A stretch of 64,000 nt of DNA from Raja brachyura. Lineage: Eukaryota. Every line of letters starts with the position of its first letter. Position 1 is the stretch's first letter. The stretch lies in assembly GCA_963514005.1 (NCBI GenBank), contig OY740812.1, positions 21,452,001 through 21,516,000 on the forward strand, read 5' to 3'. This document shows, in pieces, positions 50,805 to 62,795 of this stretch. The position numbers were made by a program, and so were the translations under genes. The notes under the pieces are model-generated. The model was given only the letters and a program-made list of their open reading frames with translations, did no database searches and had not been told where the DNA came from.

Positions 50805-51295
50805 TCAACTTTAGGTTTATTATTGTCATGTGTACTGAGGTGCAGTGAAATGCTTTGTTTTGCATGCTATTCAATCAGATCGGATAATACTATCATAAGT
50901 CATATGATCATAAGTGAGAGGAATAGAATTAGGCCATTTGGCCCATCAAATCTATTCCATCACTCAATTATGGCTGATCTATCTCTCCCTCCTAACTTAA
51001 ATCCAATTAGTTGTGGTTCTCAGCATTGCAGTGTGTTGTAGTGCATCAGTTCCAGAGACAAAATTCAATGTCCACAGTGGGGCAGAGGCGAATTGGACAG
51101 AACCCCGGCTTATGGAAGGACCGTTCAGAAACCTGATAACAAGGAGGGCTGTTCCTGAGTCTGGTGGTATGAAGCTTCTGTACCTTCTGCCAGATGGGAG
51201 CAGGGAGAAGAAGGAATGACCAGGACGGGGCAAGTCTTTGATAATGTTGGCTGCTTTTACAAGGCAACGTGAAGTGTAGATGCAGTCAGTGGTGA
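50805..51295 (-). mobile_element. Rex1/Babar-like 3' fragment interrupted by a short CR1 tail (~50900-51005)
   Basis: PGHSFFSLLPSGRRYRS coding remnant; the tail matches 40165. Confidence 0.65.
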
Positions 51296-51569
51296 ATTAA
51301 TATGATATTGGAGGCTTACTAATCTATTATTCAATCACCTCATAATTTGAAAAGGTGACTAAAAACATTTCTATACACATAATAAATCAGTTAACAAAGC
51401 ATCATAAAGTCAAAAAATCAAAAGTATTGAATGAATTGTAAAGAAATATCAAGTCTAGCACCATCATTTTAATCAACATTCAAACCCCAAATGAGCTGGA
51501 GAACAATTCACCACAAATCATTTTGCAAAGTATTAATGAACCTGTAATAATGGATATACTTAGTTTAGA

Positions 51570-52540
51570 TACGCAAATTAGAGGAACACCATCTCATATT
51601 TTGCTTAGGCCGCTAACAGCCCAGTGGTATGAATATTGATTTCTCTCACTTCAGGTAGCCCCGGCATTCCCACTCTCTCTACCCCTCGCTCACCCAAGTC
51701 GCACTAGCTTCTCATTTTCACACTACAAACAGCTGTTTCCTGTTTCCTTTATCATTTTTACTTTTTTGCATATCTTTCATTCATTGTTCTTTACCTTTCC
51801 GCATCAGAATCAGAATCAGAATGCCTTTTATTGTCACTATACACATGTACAGTGAGATTAAAAACTGCTCCTACTCAGTGCAAAAACAAGACAAAAAGGG
51901 GGGGGGGGGGGGGATAAGGTGCACAGTTTCTGCAGCGCTATATACATATCTATAAAAAGACAATGGATAAATAGAATGGATAATAGGATTCCTATATCCA
52001 GTATGGGTTACAGTTACAGTACAAATTACAGTAGGTGGATAGATGAAGGTCTGGGGGTTAGGCTGTGAAGTCAATGCATGTGTGTGTTCAGGGAGATGAT
52101 GGATTTTGGAAAGAAACTGTTCTTGAGTCTATTTGTCCTTGTGCTAATGCACCTATAGCGCCTCCCTGAGGGTAGCAGGTTGAACAGGCCAAATGCGGGA
52201 TGGGAGCTGTCCTTGATAATGTTCTTCGCCCTGCTGAGGCAGCGGGAGGTGTAAATGTCCATCAGAGAGGGGAGAGGGCAGCCGATGATCTTCTGTGCTG
52301 CCCTGACTACCCTCTGAAGCCTCTCCCTGTCTGCCATGGTGCAGCTGCCGTACCATGCTGTAATGCAGTATGTCAACAGGCTCTCAATGGACGAGCGGTA
52401 TCTGTATCACCATCTGTATCATTTGTTTCCGTTATCCCTAACCAGTCTGAAGAAGTGTCTCGACCCAAAAAGTCACCCATTCCTTCTCTCCAGAGATGCT
52501 GCCTGTCCCGCTGAGTTATTCCCGCGTTTTGTGTCAATTT
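51570..52540 (+). mobile_element. Penelope-like 3' fragment split by a Rex1 insertion
   Basis: RKLEEHHLIFCLGR*QPSGMNIDFSHFR*; the 3' region runs to 51805 and resumes at ~52399, leading to ccagtCTGAAGAagtgtctcgaccc and the family tail. Confidence 0.75.
51806..52398 (-). mobile_element. Rex1/Babar LINE 3' end with intact ORF remnant
   Basis: ORF 52071-52376 TYCITAWYGSC...LQRVVRAAQKIIG...SHPAFGLFNLLPSGRRYR...RLKNSFFP; (GATTCT)n tail. Confidence 0.85.
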
Positions 52541-52549
52541 TTCAATTAG

Positions 52550-52845
52550 TTTTGTTCAGTTTAGAGATACAGCACCAAAATAGGCCCTTTGGCCCACTGA
52601 GTCCGATCCCCGCAAATTAACTCAAGCCTACACACACTTGGGACAATTTACACTTATACAAATATTAACCTACAAACCTGCACCTCTTTCCAGTGTGGGA
52701 AGACACCGAAGATCAGGGCGAAAAACCACGCGGTCACTGGGAGAACGTGCAAACTCTGTACAGACAGCACCCATAGTCAGGATCGAACCCAGGTCTCCGT
52801 CACTGCAAGCGCTGTAAGGCAGCAACTCTACTGCTGTGCCACCAG
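52550..52845 (-). mobile_element. V-SINE (HE1-like)
   Basis: Homologous to 36547-36838; B box gggttcgatcc on the reverse strand. Confidence 0.8.
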
Positions 52846-53539
52846 GCGACCCTTCACATACATATTAATAATAATGCTGGAAAAGGTGCATGCATTGAAG
52901 AGAGGAATAGTGCGAACATTTCATGTATATCGACCCTCTTCATTGGAACTGATCAAAGGCCATTGGCATGAAATATTATCATTTCTCTTCCTACAGACTG
53001 TGGCTTGATCCACTGAGTGGTTACTAGACTTCCTGTTTTACCTCAGATTTCCATCATCTGCACTTTGTTTACTTTCATCTGCATTTCAATGCTTATTTAC
53101 ACATCATCGCATGCAGAACCCTCGGTATCTTTTTAAGATTACATTTTGGGAAAAGCTTGCACGCCTGTGAAAACTAAAGTAAATTTATTTCAGTCATTTT
53201 GTTAATTGCAGGAAAGTTTGTCAATTAATTATTGAACGAGAGTATTCTTTTACCAGAGTGTGCAAGCAATATGATTTAGATAACAAAAGAGCAAAAGTTT
53301 TAATTCCTTGATTATCTCTGGGGATCAGAATATTTCCACACTTCTTTGTCTTTGGAGATTAAATGCAGGTTTACATTGGACATCTTAAAAATCATCCCTC
53401 TCTCACTTAAATTATGGTTATTTATACAAACCCATACAGAAACAGATCCTTTAGCCCACCATACTCAGGCCAGTCATCAACTAACCATCTTTACTAAATC
53501 CCATCGTTTTTTTCTGAGTATTTTCATCAGCTCATAATT

Positions 53540-53755
53540 AATAGGAGCAGAATTAGGCCATTAGGCCATCAAGTCTATTCTACCATTCAATCATGGCTGA
53601 TTGATCTCTCCCTCCTAAGCCCATTCTCCTGCCATTTTCCGATAGCCCCTGACACCTGTACTAATCAAGAATCTATCTATCTCGGCCTTAAAGAAAACTT
53701 GGCCTCCACAGCCTTCTGTGGCAATGAATTCCACAGATTCACCACCCTCTGACTA
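53540..53755 (-). mobile_element. CR1-like LINE 3' fragment
   Basis: Reverse complement of the 40740-40960 family. Confidence 0.75.
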
Positions 53756-53774
53756 AAGTTGCATATGCATCACA

Positions 53775-54040
53775 GCATACTCCGCCAGCATAACTTGACC
53801 ATCAGATTCAAGAGCAGCTTCTTCCCAGCAACCAGCAAGCCTTTGAACACTACACGACAATAACCTCCGCAACCATGAACCGTTTCTTTGATTGCACTGC
53901 AATTTTGTTTCTCTGCCAGTATTATAGTTATTCATTTTTGATTAGTATATTTATCCATGTGTATTGGGTTTACTGGCATCTTAACGCTGCAAGTAAGAAT
54001 GTCACCATTGCATGTTGGTATATGTGACAATTAAAGACTC
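53775..54040 (+). mobile_element. Rex1/Babar-like 3' fragment
   Basis: agattcaagagcagcttcttcccagcaacc (RFKSSFFPAT) and a gtgacaattaaa tail. Confidence 0.5.
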
Positions 54041-54761
54041 TAGAATCTCCTTGATTCTCTAATTTGATTCTTTATTTCAGCATGAAATTCTGTTTCATTT
54101 GTTGCCCAACAGTTTTCTTCACAAATCTTGTGCAAAATTTTGCGAGATCCTTCACCAATTTTATTAGAGGTAAGTCTATACTTTTTACAAGACAAACCTT
54201 CGCTGCAATGGGTTTTCAAATGAGACCATCTGCAGCATACTGAAAATATTTAAAAGTGCTCATGCATGTTGTTGCAATAACATGCCAAGTTTGTTAAAGC
54301 AACTGTATATTTAGGTAGCACCACAATATGTAATTTAAACAAGGCAGCAGATTTCAAATGTGATATCTATATAACTAAAAGTCTCATCTTGACCACTTCC
54401 TGTCTGTGCTCTATATTGATTTTAGAAAGAACTCTACCCTATATTGCCATGATTTTTGGCCATCTTACTCAAAGTCCTCCTCCGCTGAGGCAGCCCTGAG
54501 GATTTTTCTGATCGATGAAAAAAAAAGTTATGAATGTTTAAAAAATCTTGAGATCAGCCGATTGGTCCTCTTGCCTGTCAATCACCACAATGAAGATAAC
54601 GCCCCTTCCTGGGGGGGACAGGACTATAAAACCCCTGATGCCTGGAAGTGAGGCAGTCACTCTGGAAGATCGCGAGGGAGAGGCCATCACTGTGAGTCTG
54701 CTGTGAGTCAACTGAACTGTGAGTCTGCAATGTACTTGCAAGAAATGATTGGTTAGCCCTT

Positions 54762-55210
54762 AATGAAAATAAAATGAGTTGTTTGGCTTGCCCTGTGCTT
54801 GAAAGTGGAATGGCAATGGAAATGAAATAAAATGAAAATGAGATGAGTTGTTTGGCCTGCCCTGTGCTTGAAACTGAAATGGCAATGGAAATGAAATGAT
54901 AGAAAATGAATTATTTGGCCTGCCCATGCTTGAAAGTGAAATGGCAATGGAAATGAAATGAAATGAAATGAAAATGAGATGAGTTGTTTTGCCTGCCCTG
55001 TGCTTGAAACTAAAATGGCAATGGAAATGAAATGAAATGAAAATTAGATGAGTTGTTTGGCCTGCCCTGTGCTTGAAACTGAAATGGCAATGGAAATGAA
55101 ATGAAATGAAAATAAGATAAGTTGTTTGGCCTGCTCTATGCATGAAACTGAAATGACAATAGAAATGAAATGAAATTAAATGAAAATGAGATGAGTTGTT
55201 TGGCCTGCCT
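54762..55210 (+). repeat. ~65-75-bp minisatellite, ~6-7 copies with internal (GAAAT)n, inside Helitron 2
   Basis: Unit ~ATGAGTTGTTTGGCCTGCCCTGTGCTTGAAACTGAAATGGCAATGGAAATGAAATGAAATGAAAATGAG. Confidence 0.95.
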
Positions 55211-55656
55211 GATAGCACTCATTTCTGCCTACAAGGCCCCTATTTGCAAAGAAACCAGTCCCTTTTGCCCAAAATGCCCGTATTAGCCCTGGAAGAGCAT
55301 TTTGACCCAAAAGGCATGTGCCAGGCCAGGAAAACTCCAGAAAAATGCCTTTCACTGATATTTCACTCAGTTTATTTTAAAGTCCCTTCAGCCCATCAGG
55401 CCAGTACTAGCCCAGGAGGAGTCCCTTCAGCCCATCAGTAAGTATTCCCCTTGCAAGTACAAAATCTCACCCCACTATTTTTCTCCCTCCCTTCATTGGC
55501 TCCCTGTGAGATCCAGGCCAGGATAGACTTTCCTGCTTCATTGCTGTGATCACAGATATAGATGAAAAATGTCTAAAATTGATTCCCCACCTTCTCCCCC
55601 TACTCTCTCACAGAGTCTCTCACCTGTTTTGGGCAGAATTTCTGGCCGTTTCTGGG

Positions 55657-55757
55657 CTGCCAGCCCACCAGCCCTGAGTGACTGAGCTGCCAGCCCACCA
55701 GCCCTGAGTGACTGAGCTGCCAGCCCACCAGGCCTGAGTGACTGAGCTGTCAGCCCA
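55657..55757 (+). repeat. 30-bp tandem repeat, ~3.3 copies, inside Helitron 2
   Basis: Unit CTGCCAGCCCACCAGCCCTGAGTGACTGAG. Confidence 0.95.
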
Positions 55758-56914
55758 AGAATCCATTCGGCCCATAATGTCCATACTAGCCCTCTGCAAA
55801 CCAATCCCTTCGGCCCACGCACTCAAACTAGCACTCCAGAAAGCCCCCCCCCCCCCCCCCCCCCTCTGACCACCAATATTGGAATTGGTGGAGAGATGGA
55901 ATATTGCATTCGGGGACCAGCCCTCCTAATGGGTCTCACTAAGTCTAGTATATTAATAAAAATGATTCAAGCCAGAAATAAAAAGGTTAACACAAGACAT
56001 TGTAGATTTGTAAATTAAAAAAAAAACAAGAAATCTAATTTAGCAACAAGGAACACTGATTAACTTTTGGTTCAGTCTCCAAATCCCATAAAATAAATGA
56101 CTCAAGGAACACACTAACAAATCCTGTGTTGGATAGTTCCTCATATTTAGTTTTACCAAGAGCAGAACACTTGAACAGAATACCAGCAAAAAATGCAAGA
56201 AGCACCAAATTGTGGTGACGGTATTTAGTTACTTGTAGAAACTGATTATTTAACTTTTTAGACCAGTGGAGGAAAAAAAATGGAATACTGCCAATTTGTA
56301 CTAGCCTGGGATGTAATTCAGTACCAAAGGACCGGAAATTGCTGGTCAAGTGTTCATAATGGAAGTTCAGACACAAAACATTCCCAATGAAAGCAAAGAG
56401 GAACTCACAAATTTCGGCACGTGGTTGTTGAGGAAAATACAGGATAGGATCAGGCAAAAAGGATAATGGTGACATATACCAATCGTTCAGCATTATAGAA
56501 AGTCAAGTCTAGTCACGTCAACTAAGGTTTATTCTTATGTACACAAGTACTGTTAGTTACAAGTACAATTAAAATCTTGCTTGCATCATCAAATGTGCAT
56601 AGACTATGCACTAAAACATAAATGATACATAAAGTATACATCAATTACACATAGATTCTATATCAATGAAATAAAAAAGACAGTGCAAAAAACAAGACAT
56701 TAGTGCAAACGTCATACAATTCGCAAACCAATCCATGGTGTGCAAAAGGTGATCTGCAGTTTTCATTTGCCAAGGTACGATTAGGTTGATTCAAGAACCT
56801 GACAGTTGTATCCTAATTGAACTTTATGAAGTATAAAGAAATAGAGGGACCTCAGAGAAAATGTCCACAGATCTCTGAAGGTAACTTGACATTTAGATAA
56901 GTATGTAGAAACAA

Positions 56915-57310
56915 AGAACTGCAGTTTACAATAAAAAAAAAGACACGCAGTGCTGGAGTAACTCAGCAGGTCAAGCAGCATCCCTGGTGAACATGGCTAA
57001 CGTTCTACTGGGATGCTGCTTAAGCTGCTGAGACATAGCATGGAAACAGGGCCTGCGGCCCACCTAGTCCACATCAACCATCGATCACCCATTCACACTA
57101 GTTCTATCTTATCCCACTTTCTCATCAACTCGATACACACAGGGAAATTTGCCGATGCCAATTAAACCTCAATACCGCAAATGTTTGGGATGCAGGAGGA
57201 AACCCATGCTGTTACAGAGAGAACATGCAGACTCCACACAGACAGCACCCAAGGTCAGAATCTATCCCTGATTTTGGCACTGTGAGTCAGCAACGCTACC
57301 AGCTACCACG
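56915..57310 (-). mobile_element. PLE tail (56915-57030) abutting a diverged V-SINE (57030-57310)
   Basis: gtgctggagtaactcagcagg..., then catggaaacaggg...cagacagcacccaaggtcag...gtgagtcagcaacgctacc. Confidence 0.65.
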
Positions 57311-57480
57311 CTCGATTTGATCATTTTCAAATGTGTTGTTTTTTATCAATGGCAAAATAAGGAAATGATTACATCCACTGAAGTATACTTTAAAACTTTA
57401 AACTGACAGCTGCTCAATGAAGTATTTAAAAATGGAAAAGATTATATTATTTATATGATCTTATGTAAGAGTTAGTATTA

Positions 57481-58002
57481 AGGGCCTGTCCCACCAGCAT
57501 CCGTTTGCATGCGTCTAGCGCGACCAAATGTGGTCGCTTGAGCCGTATGGCCTTGCGGGGCCGGTCCCAATTCGATCCGCGGAGGCGTATGGAGTTGTGT
57601 GGGGCTGGTCCCGACATCATACTCACCAATCAGCTGGGCAGGAGGCGGGCCGACTGAATTTGGACATCGCACGGCCTCAGACGGTGACGTCATCGCGCAA
57701 CACCACGCGCTAGGCATACACTGTCAAGACGCTGCGTATGACGTCAAGACGCTGCGTATGACGTCAAGACGCTGCGTACGACGTCGAGACACTGCGTATG
57801 TCCTCAATGCGGCTGCAGGACAGTGTCAGTTTTTGGAGAGTGTCAGTTTTTCGGAGCCCCGCGCAATGTCGGGACCAGCCCCGTACAACTCCATACGCCT
57901 CCAGCGATCGAAGTGGGACCGGCCCCGCGAGGCCGTACGACTCAAGCGACCACGTTAGGTCGTGCTAGCCGCATGCAGTCGCATGCTGGTGGGAGAGGCC
58001 CT
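57481..58002. mobile_element. PIF/Harbinger-type MITE with ~140-bp TIRs
   Basis: AGGGCC...GGCCCT termini, long imperfect inverted arms (57481-57617 vs ~57866-58002), TTA target-site duplication on both sides. Confidence 0.85.
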
Positions 58003-58644
58003 TTATACTTCTCAATAAACATTAATGATTCATCATAGTTTCCTTTCGATCCACATTGTGGAATGAGTTCTAATTAATTCAGTTTTAAAAACTGACAAAA
58101 ATTAGCCTTGGGTATGTTCCTAAAATATCAGCTAACACATTTCTCCCCTTGGTCAAAATGATTTACCTACTAATTAAAGTTATTGTGTATATTGAATATT
58201 GAATATTCTGTCAAACAATCGGATGGACTGCTGTAGTTTAAAAAGATGGCTCATAACAATTTTCCTCGTGTTAAAAATCTTGATAATCAGGATGGACACA
58301 GTAGGTTGAAGGGATACAAATCTGACTAATTTATTCTTGGTTTTTATACCTTTGTAATATCTCTGATACCCATAGGTTTAATTCATTAAATTACATCAGT
58401 AATTATCATGGGGAGATAATTGGCTGAGCTGATGGCAAGATTTTCCTTAAAAATGTATTGCTTTAAGACGTCCCTGTGGCATTGTGTGACAAGGTGGTAG
58501 CACATTGCTTTGTAGTCACATAGGATAGAAGCTTTCTCTGATCCCAGATTAAATTATGGACTGATTCCTCCAACAATTTAGATGCAGTAAGCAAAAGTAA
58601 AGCAATGCTACTCAGTGTGAAACCATGGAGTCCTGGCCTGTCAC

Positions 58645-59425
58645 ACACAGTCCAGACTCCCCACTATTGATTCCATCCACACTTGATGCTACCTTGGGAA
58701 AGGAGCCAACATACCCCAAAGACCTTTCCCACCTTGGTCATTCCGTCTTCTCCCTACTCCTGTCGGGCAGAAGACACATATAAGGCAGATTTGCTGCCTT
58801 ATAGCGCCGGAGACCCGGGCTCGATCCTGACTGTGCTTGTACGTTTCCCCGGAGCTCTGGGTTCCTCCTATATTCCAAACACGTACAGGTTTGAGGTTAA
58901 TTGGCTTAGGTAAAAATTGTAAATTGTCCACAGTATGTAGGATAGTGTTAGTGTACAGGGATCGCTGGTCACTCGGTGGGCCGAAAGACCTGTCTCTGCG
59001 CTGTATCTCTAAACTAAACAGCTTCTTCTTTTCTGTTATCAAACATTTGCACGATCATTCCATAAGCTACAGTACAGTCCCGATTCTGCAACCGACCTCA
59101 TTGCGGACATTGGCCATTTTCCTTGGAACTGTTGCCCTGCAATGCTGAGAGATGATATCTGCACGCTGAATCTTTGTCTTTGCTCTACCCTTTGCCCTTG
59201 AGTTCGGCTTGGTTGTATTCATGTATAGTATTATCTGATTTAGAAACATAGAAAATAGGTGCAGGAGTAGGCCATTCGGCCCTTCAAGCCTGCACCGCCA
59301 TTCAATATGATCATGGCTGATCATCCAACTCAGTATCCTGTACCTAATTTGTTGGAATAGCAGGCAAACAAAAGTGTTTAACTCTACCTCTGTAAAAGTG
59401 ACAGTAATAAATCTAAACCTAAACC
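58645..59425 (+). mobile_element. Rex1/Babar-like 3' fragment carrying a nested V-SINE (~58785-59020, +) and a CR1 tail (~59240-59345, -)
   Basis: GHSVFSLLLSGRR remnant before the SINE; a 3' region homologous to the reverse complement of 51005-51150 after it; gtgacagtaataaa(cctaaa)n tail. Confidence 0.65.
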
Positions 59426-59475
59426 TAACAGGAACGTTTTCCAAAAAATGCAGAAAAACGGAAAGAACGTCTTTT

Positions 59476-59752
59476 TTAGTTTAGTTTGCTTTCAGAGATA
59501 CAGTGTGGAAACAGGCCCTTCAGCCCACTGAGTCCGCAACAACCAGCGATTTCTGCACACTAACACTAGGGACAATTTACAATTTTACCAAGCCAATTAA
59601 CCTACAAAACTGTACATCTTTGGAGTGTGGGAGGAAACCAAAGATCTCGGAGAAAACCCACGCAGGTCACGGTGAGAATGTACAAACTCTGTACAGACAA
59701 GCACCCATAGTCAGGACTGAACCCACGTCTCTGGCACTATAAGGCAGCAACT
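59476..59752 (-). mobile_element. V-SINE (HE1-like)
   Basis: Homologous to 52550-52845. Confidence 0.8.
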
Positions 59753-62259
59753 CCCTTGCAGGGAAGAAAAGACCATGAGAATTAATATTTGTTAATAAGC
59801 ATATATACAACATTTTATTGCAGTGATAAAAATTATTTGAGATTAACATCATCTGAAATACTTCAGTGATTAACTTTATATAGTCAGTAATACCTATGAG
59901 TAGTAGGCTTTCGTGCATATTATATAACAATATAAGCAGCATGCATATCTTCTACATTTCAACAGCTCTCATGTGTCTGCCTTCCTCTTTGTACGGGCTG
60001 AAGAGATCAGGTTTCCTCCCATTCAGTCATTCAGTACCACCCTCCTCCAGCCCCATCCAAAGAACAAGTGGGACTTTTTATTTTCGTAAAACTTTTTCTT
60101 TAACCACCTCTGATTGTTATCCTTGGTTTCTGTCCAAGCAATCAATTCTTTATGCAAGGGTGCTTGTGCCTCTGCTGCTATACAAGATGTTAAATAAAAC
60201 TGACTAGAAGTGAGAGGGATTAATTTACAGATACAGTGGTTTATTTTACCACCTCTTTCAATATTTTCTGAAAAGGTTAGGCCATGAAGCAGGCAGCAGG
60301 AGATCACCTTCTATTTCCTTAAATTTGTTTTACTGTTCCTTACAATTTGGTGTGTGGAATGACTTGTTAATATAATAAGTTGAGACAACGCATTAGTTTA
60401 GTTTAGTTAATTGTCACGTGTACTGAGGTACAATGAAAAGCTTTTTGTTGCATGCATACCAGTCAGCAATAGTTCCATTAAAACATATATTCCTTTGATT
60501 CACTTTGATTAATGTCATATTTTGTAATAACAATTTTTATTCGAAAAGGTCTACCCAATAGTGAACATGAACAAATCTTAATTTCATAGTGTTTGAATTT
60601 TGTTAACAATAATACATCGCTACTGTACAAGATCTTTGTGTAGCAAACAGATGCAGATAAATAACAGAGGGAAGCATAAACTCCAATGTATTCTGCCTTA
60701 AATTTGTGTGGCCCTGTATAAGCAAGAACAATAATAATAATAATAATAATAAATGTACTGAGCTTATAATCAGTATAATTGCAACTTTGCAACTTGCAAG
60801 ATATCAAGTTCTTTCCAAATTAAAATAAAGATTGCTTTTACGTTTCACTTTAAAGGTACAATGATTAGGATACTGTCAGAGGAACATCCAATGATGCACT
60901 TTAAGGTAAATATACCAGTGGCCACTTTGACCCATAGGTTTTCTGACTGCCTAGGGCAACTATGTCACCTGAGATAGCCACGCTTGTTCAATAGGCTATT
61001 ACCTGGTGGTTACACAGCAATGGGAAGTTGCTGATAGATCAATAATAATCTCCATCCAAACAATCAACTCCTCAACTTACAAATTCAAGTGAGGATTATT
61101 CCAGTCAATACATACTGAAGTGCTTGAATTTGAAATGCAGCCAATTCAACTCTCCTTTATAAATACAAAAAATGCATTGAAGTAAGCATAAGACTACAGT
61201 TTAATGAAATCTTATTGTATTTTATGCATGCAATGCAGAGTGAAGAATGTGCCTATTCAGACTGCATGGGATGTTAATTCTGATTTCCTGACTGTAACCA
61301 CACTTAGTTTGGTAGATTGAACATAAAATGATCCCACAGATATGTTTGGGACCACAAACATTGCACGTTGTTAGATAGCCTGTATTTAAAAATCACAATT
61401 ATGTTGCTTTGCGGGAACCAAGAACTGTAATTTTAATTCAATCCATCGAATAAACTTTTTAAAGTTTCAACATGCATGTGCTTCTAATTTTATCAACATT
61501 CTACAAACATCTCAACTCACAATGGGGCTTTGTAACTCCAGAGTGAATCCAGACCGGAGTAAATGCTACTGGAGTCTACAGGCTCAGCCCCAGAGAAAAA
61601 CAGACTGTTCCGTAATTGTTTCGGCTCTGGAGTGAATTTGGAATTGTGTAAATGGCGATTCTGGAGTGATTCCCAAACATCCTCATTTTTGTTTGAGAGG
61701 ATGCCTCAAACATGCAAAAGGGAAGCTAATGTAATAATCTTACTACAACTGAATCTCTGTTGATTATCTGCAACTGTACTTTGAAGCTGTAAAGTAAAGC
61801 TGCTACCCTCTCGGCTGCTGCAGAGTAAAACTACTTGGGCTTAAATTAGGTGATCTGAAGTTTAACTTTAAAAATATATATCCAGGGCAATTCCCTATGA
61901 TCTCATTTTTTTCCCCACAGACTACACATTGTATAATTTGAGAGTTATGGCTACTGTCCACTGATAAATTGATTAATTGCATTATCTGAGGGGTACCGCG
62001 ATTGTTATATCACAAGTCATGGATATTGAGGAAGACCACTGGCACGGGGGGTATGATATTCGAATGAGGCAGATGGTTTGGGTGTGCAAAGTGGAAAACA
62101 GCAGAGTGGCAGATATTATAAAATGCAATCCAGTGGCTCTGTGTACACGTACAACCACAGAATGCAATCAAAATGAATTAAATAAAGTGGTGGGGTGGCA
62201 TTGGAAGAATGTGGCATGGGATATGCTGTGATGATTCACATGCTTCAATGAGGGGATGT

Positions 62260-62550
62260 ATCTATAAATAGTGAAAGGACTGGATAGAGTGGATGTGGAG
62301 AGGATGTTTCCACTAGTGGGAGTGTCTAGGAAGGGAGGCCATAACCTCAGAATAAAGTACCTTCAGAGGCCATGTCAATGGATATTTGTAAGGTGGTGAT
62401 TGACAGATTCTTGATTAGTACGAGTGTTAGGGGTTATGGGGAGAAGGCATGAGAATGGGGTTGAGAGGGAAAGATAGATCAGCCATGATTAAATGGAGGA
62501 GTAGACTTGGTGAGCCAGATGGCCTAATTCTGCTCCTATAACATGAATTT
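62260..62550 (+). mobile_element. CR1-like LINE 3' fragment with internal deletion
   Basis: YKIVKGLDRVDVERMFPLVGVSR remnant followed by the gatcagccatgatt...ggcctaattctgctccta tail. Confidence 0.75.
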
Positions 62551-62659
62551 ATGAAGCCTGTCAGGTCCACCTACCTCGTCCATACTATGAGGTTGAGTCA
62601 CAAGGATGGCTAAAATGGTGCAATTGTGAAAACAACGATGTGGCAGGTTTGCAGAAATA

Positions 62660-62795
62660 AGGAACTGCAGATGCTGGTTAATACTCAAAAGGGCACAAAG
62701 TGCTGGAGTAACTCAGGGTCTTGACTCAAAATGTCACCTATCCCTGTTCTCCAGAGATGCTGCCTGACCTCTTGAATTACTCCAGCACTTTATGT
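62660..62795. mobile_element. Inverted PLE tail pair
   Basis: cacaaagtgctggagtaactca mirrored by tgaattactccagcactttatg. Confidence 0.7.

Larger units (their letters stand above)
54366..55948 (+). mobile_element. Non-autonomous Helitron, copy 2
   Basis: A|TCTATAT start and canonical CTAG|T end; homologous to copy 1; subterminal hairpin partly deleted. Confidence 0.8.

Noticed and set aside
54753-55218. 152-aa His/Phe/Cys-rich repetitive ORF
   Set aside because: Reading frame through the ~70-bp minisatellite; no splice or domain support.
44591-55757. 30-31 bp repeat arrays resembling CRISPR repeats in length
   Set aside because: Head-to-tail tandem units with no unique spacers, no cas genes and a vertebrate context; they are Helitron minisatellites.
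56035-56493. 152-aa ORF on the minus strand
   Set aside because: Non-ATG start, no recognisable domain and no exon partners; likely a chance ORF, as are the other short ORFs in the track.
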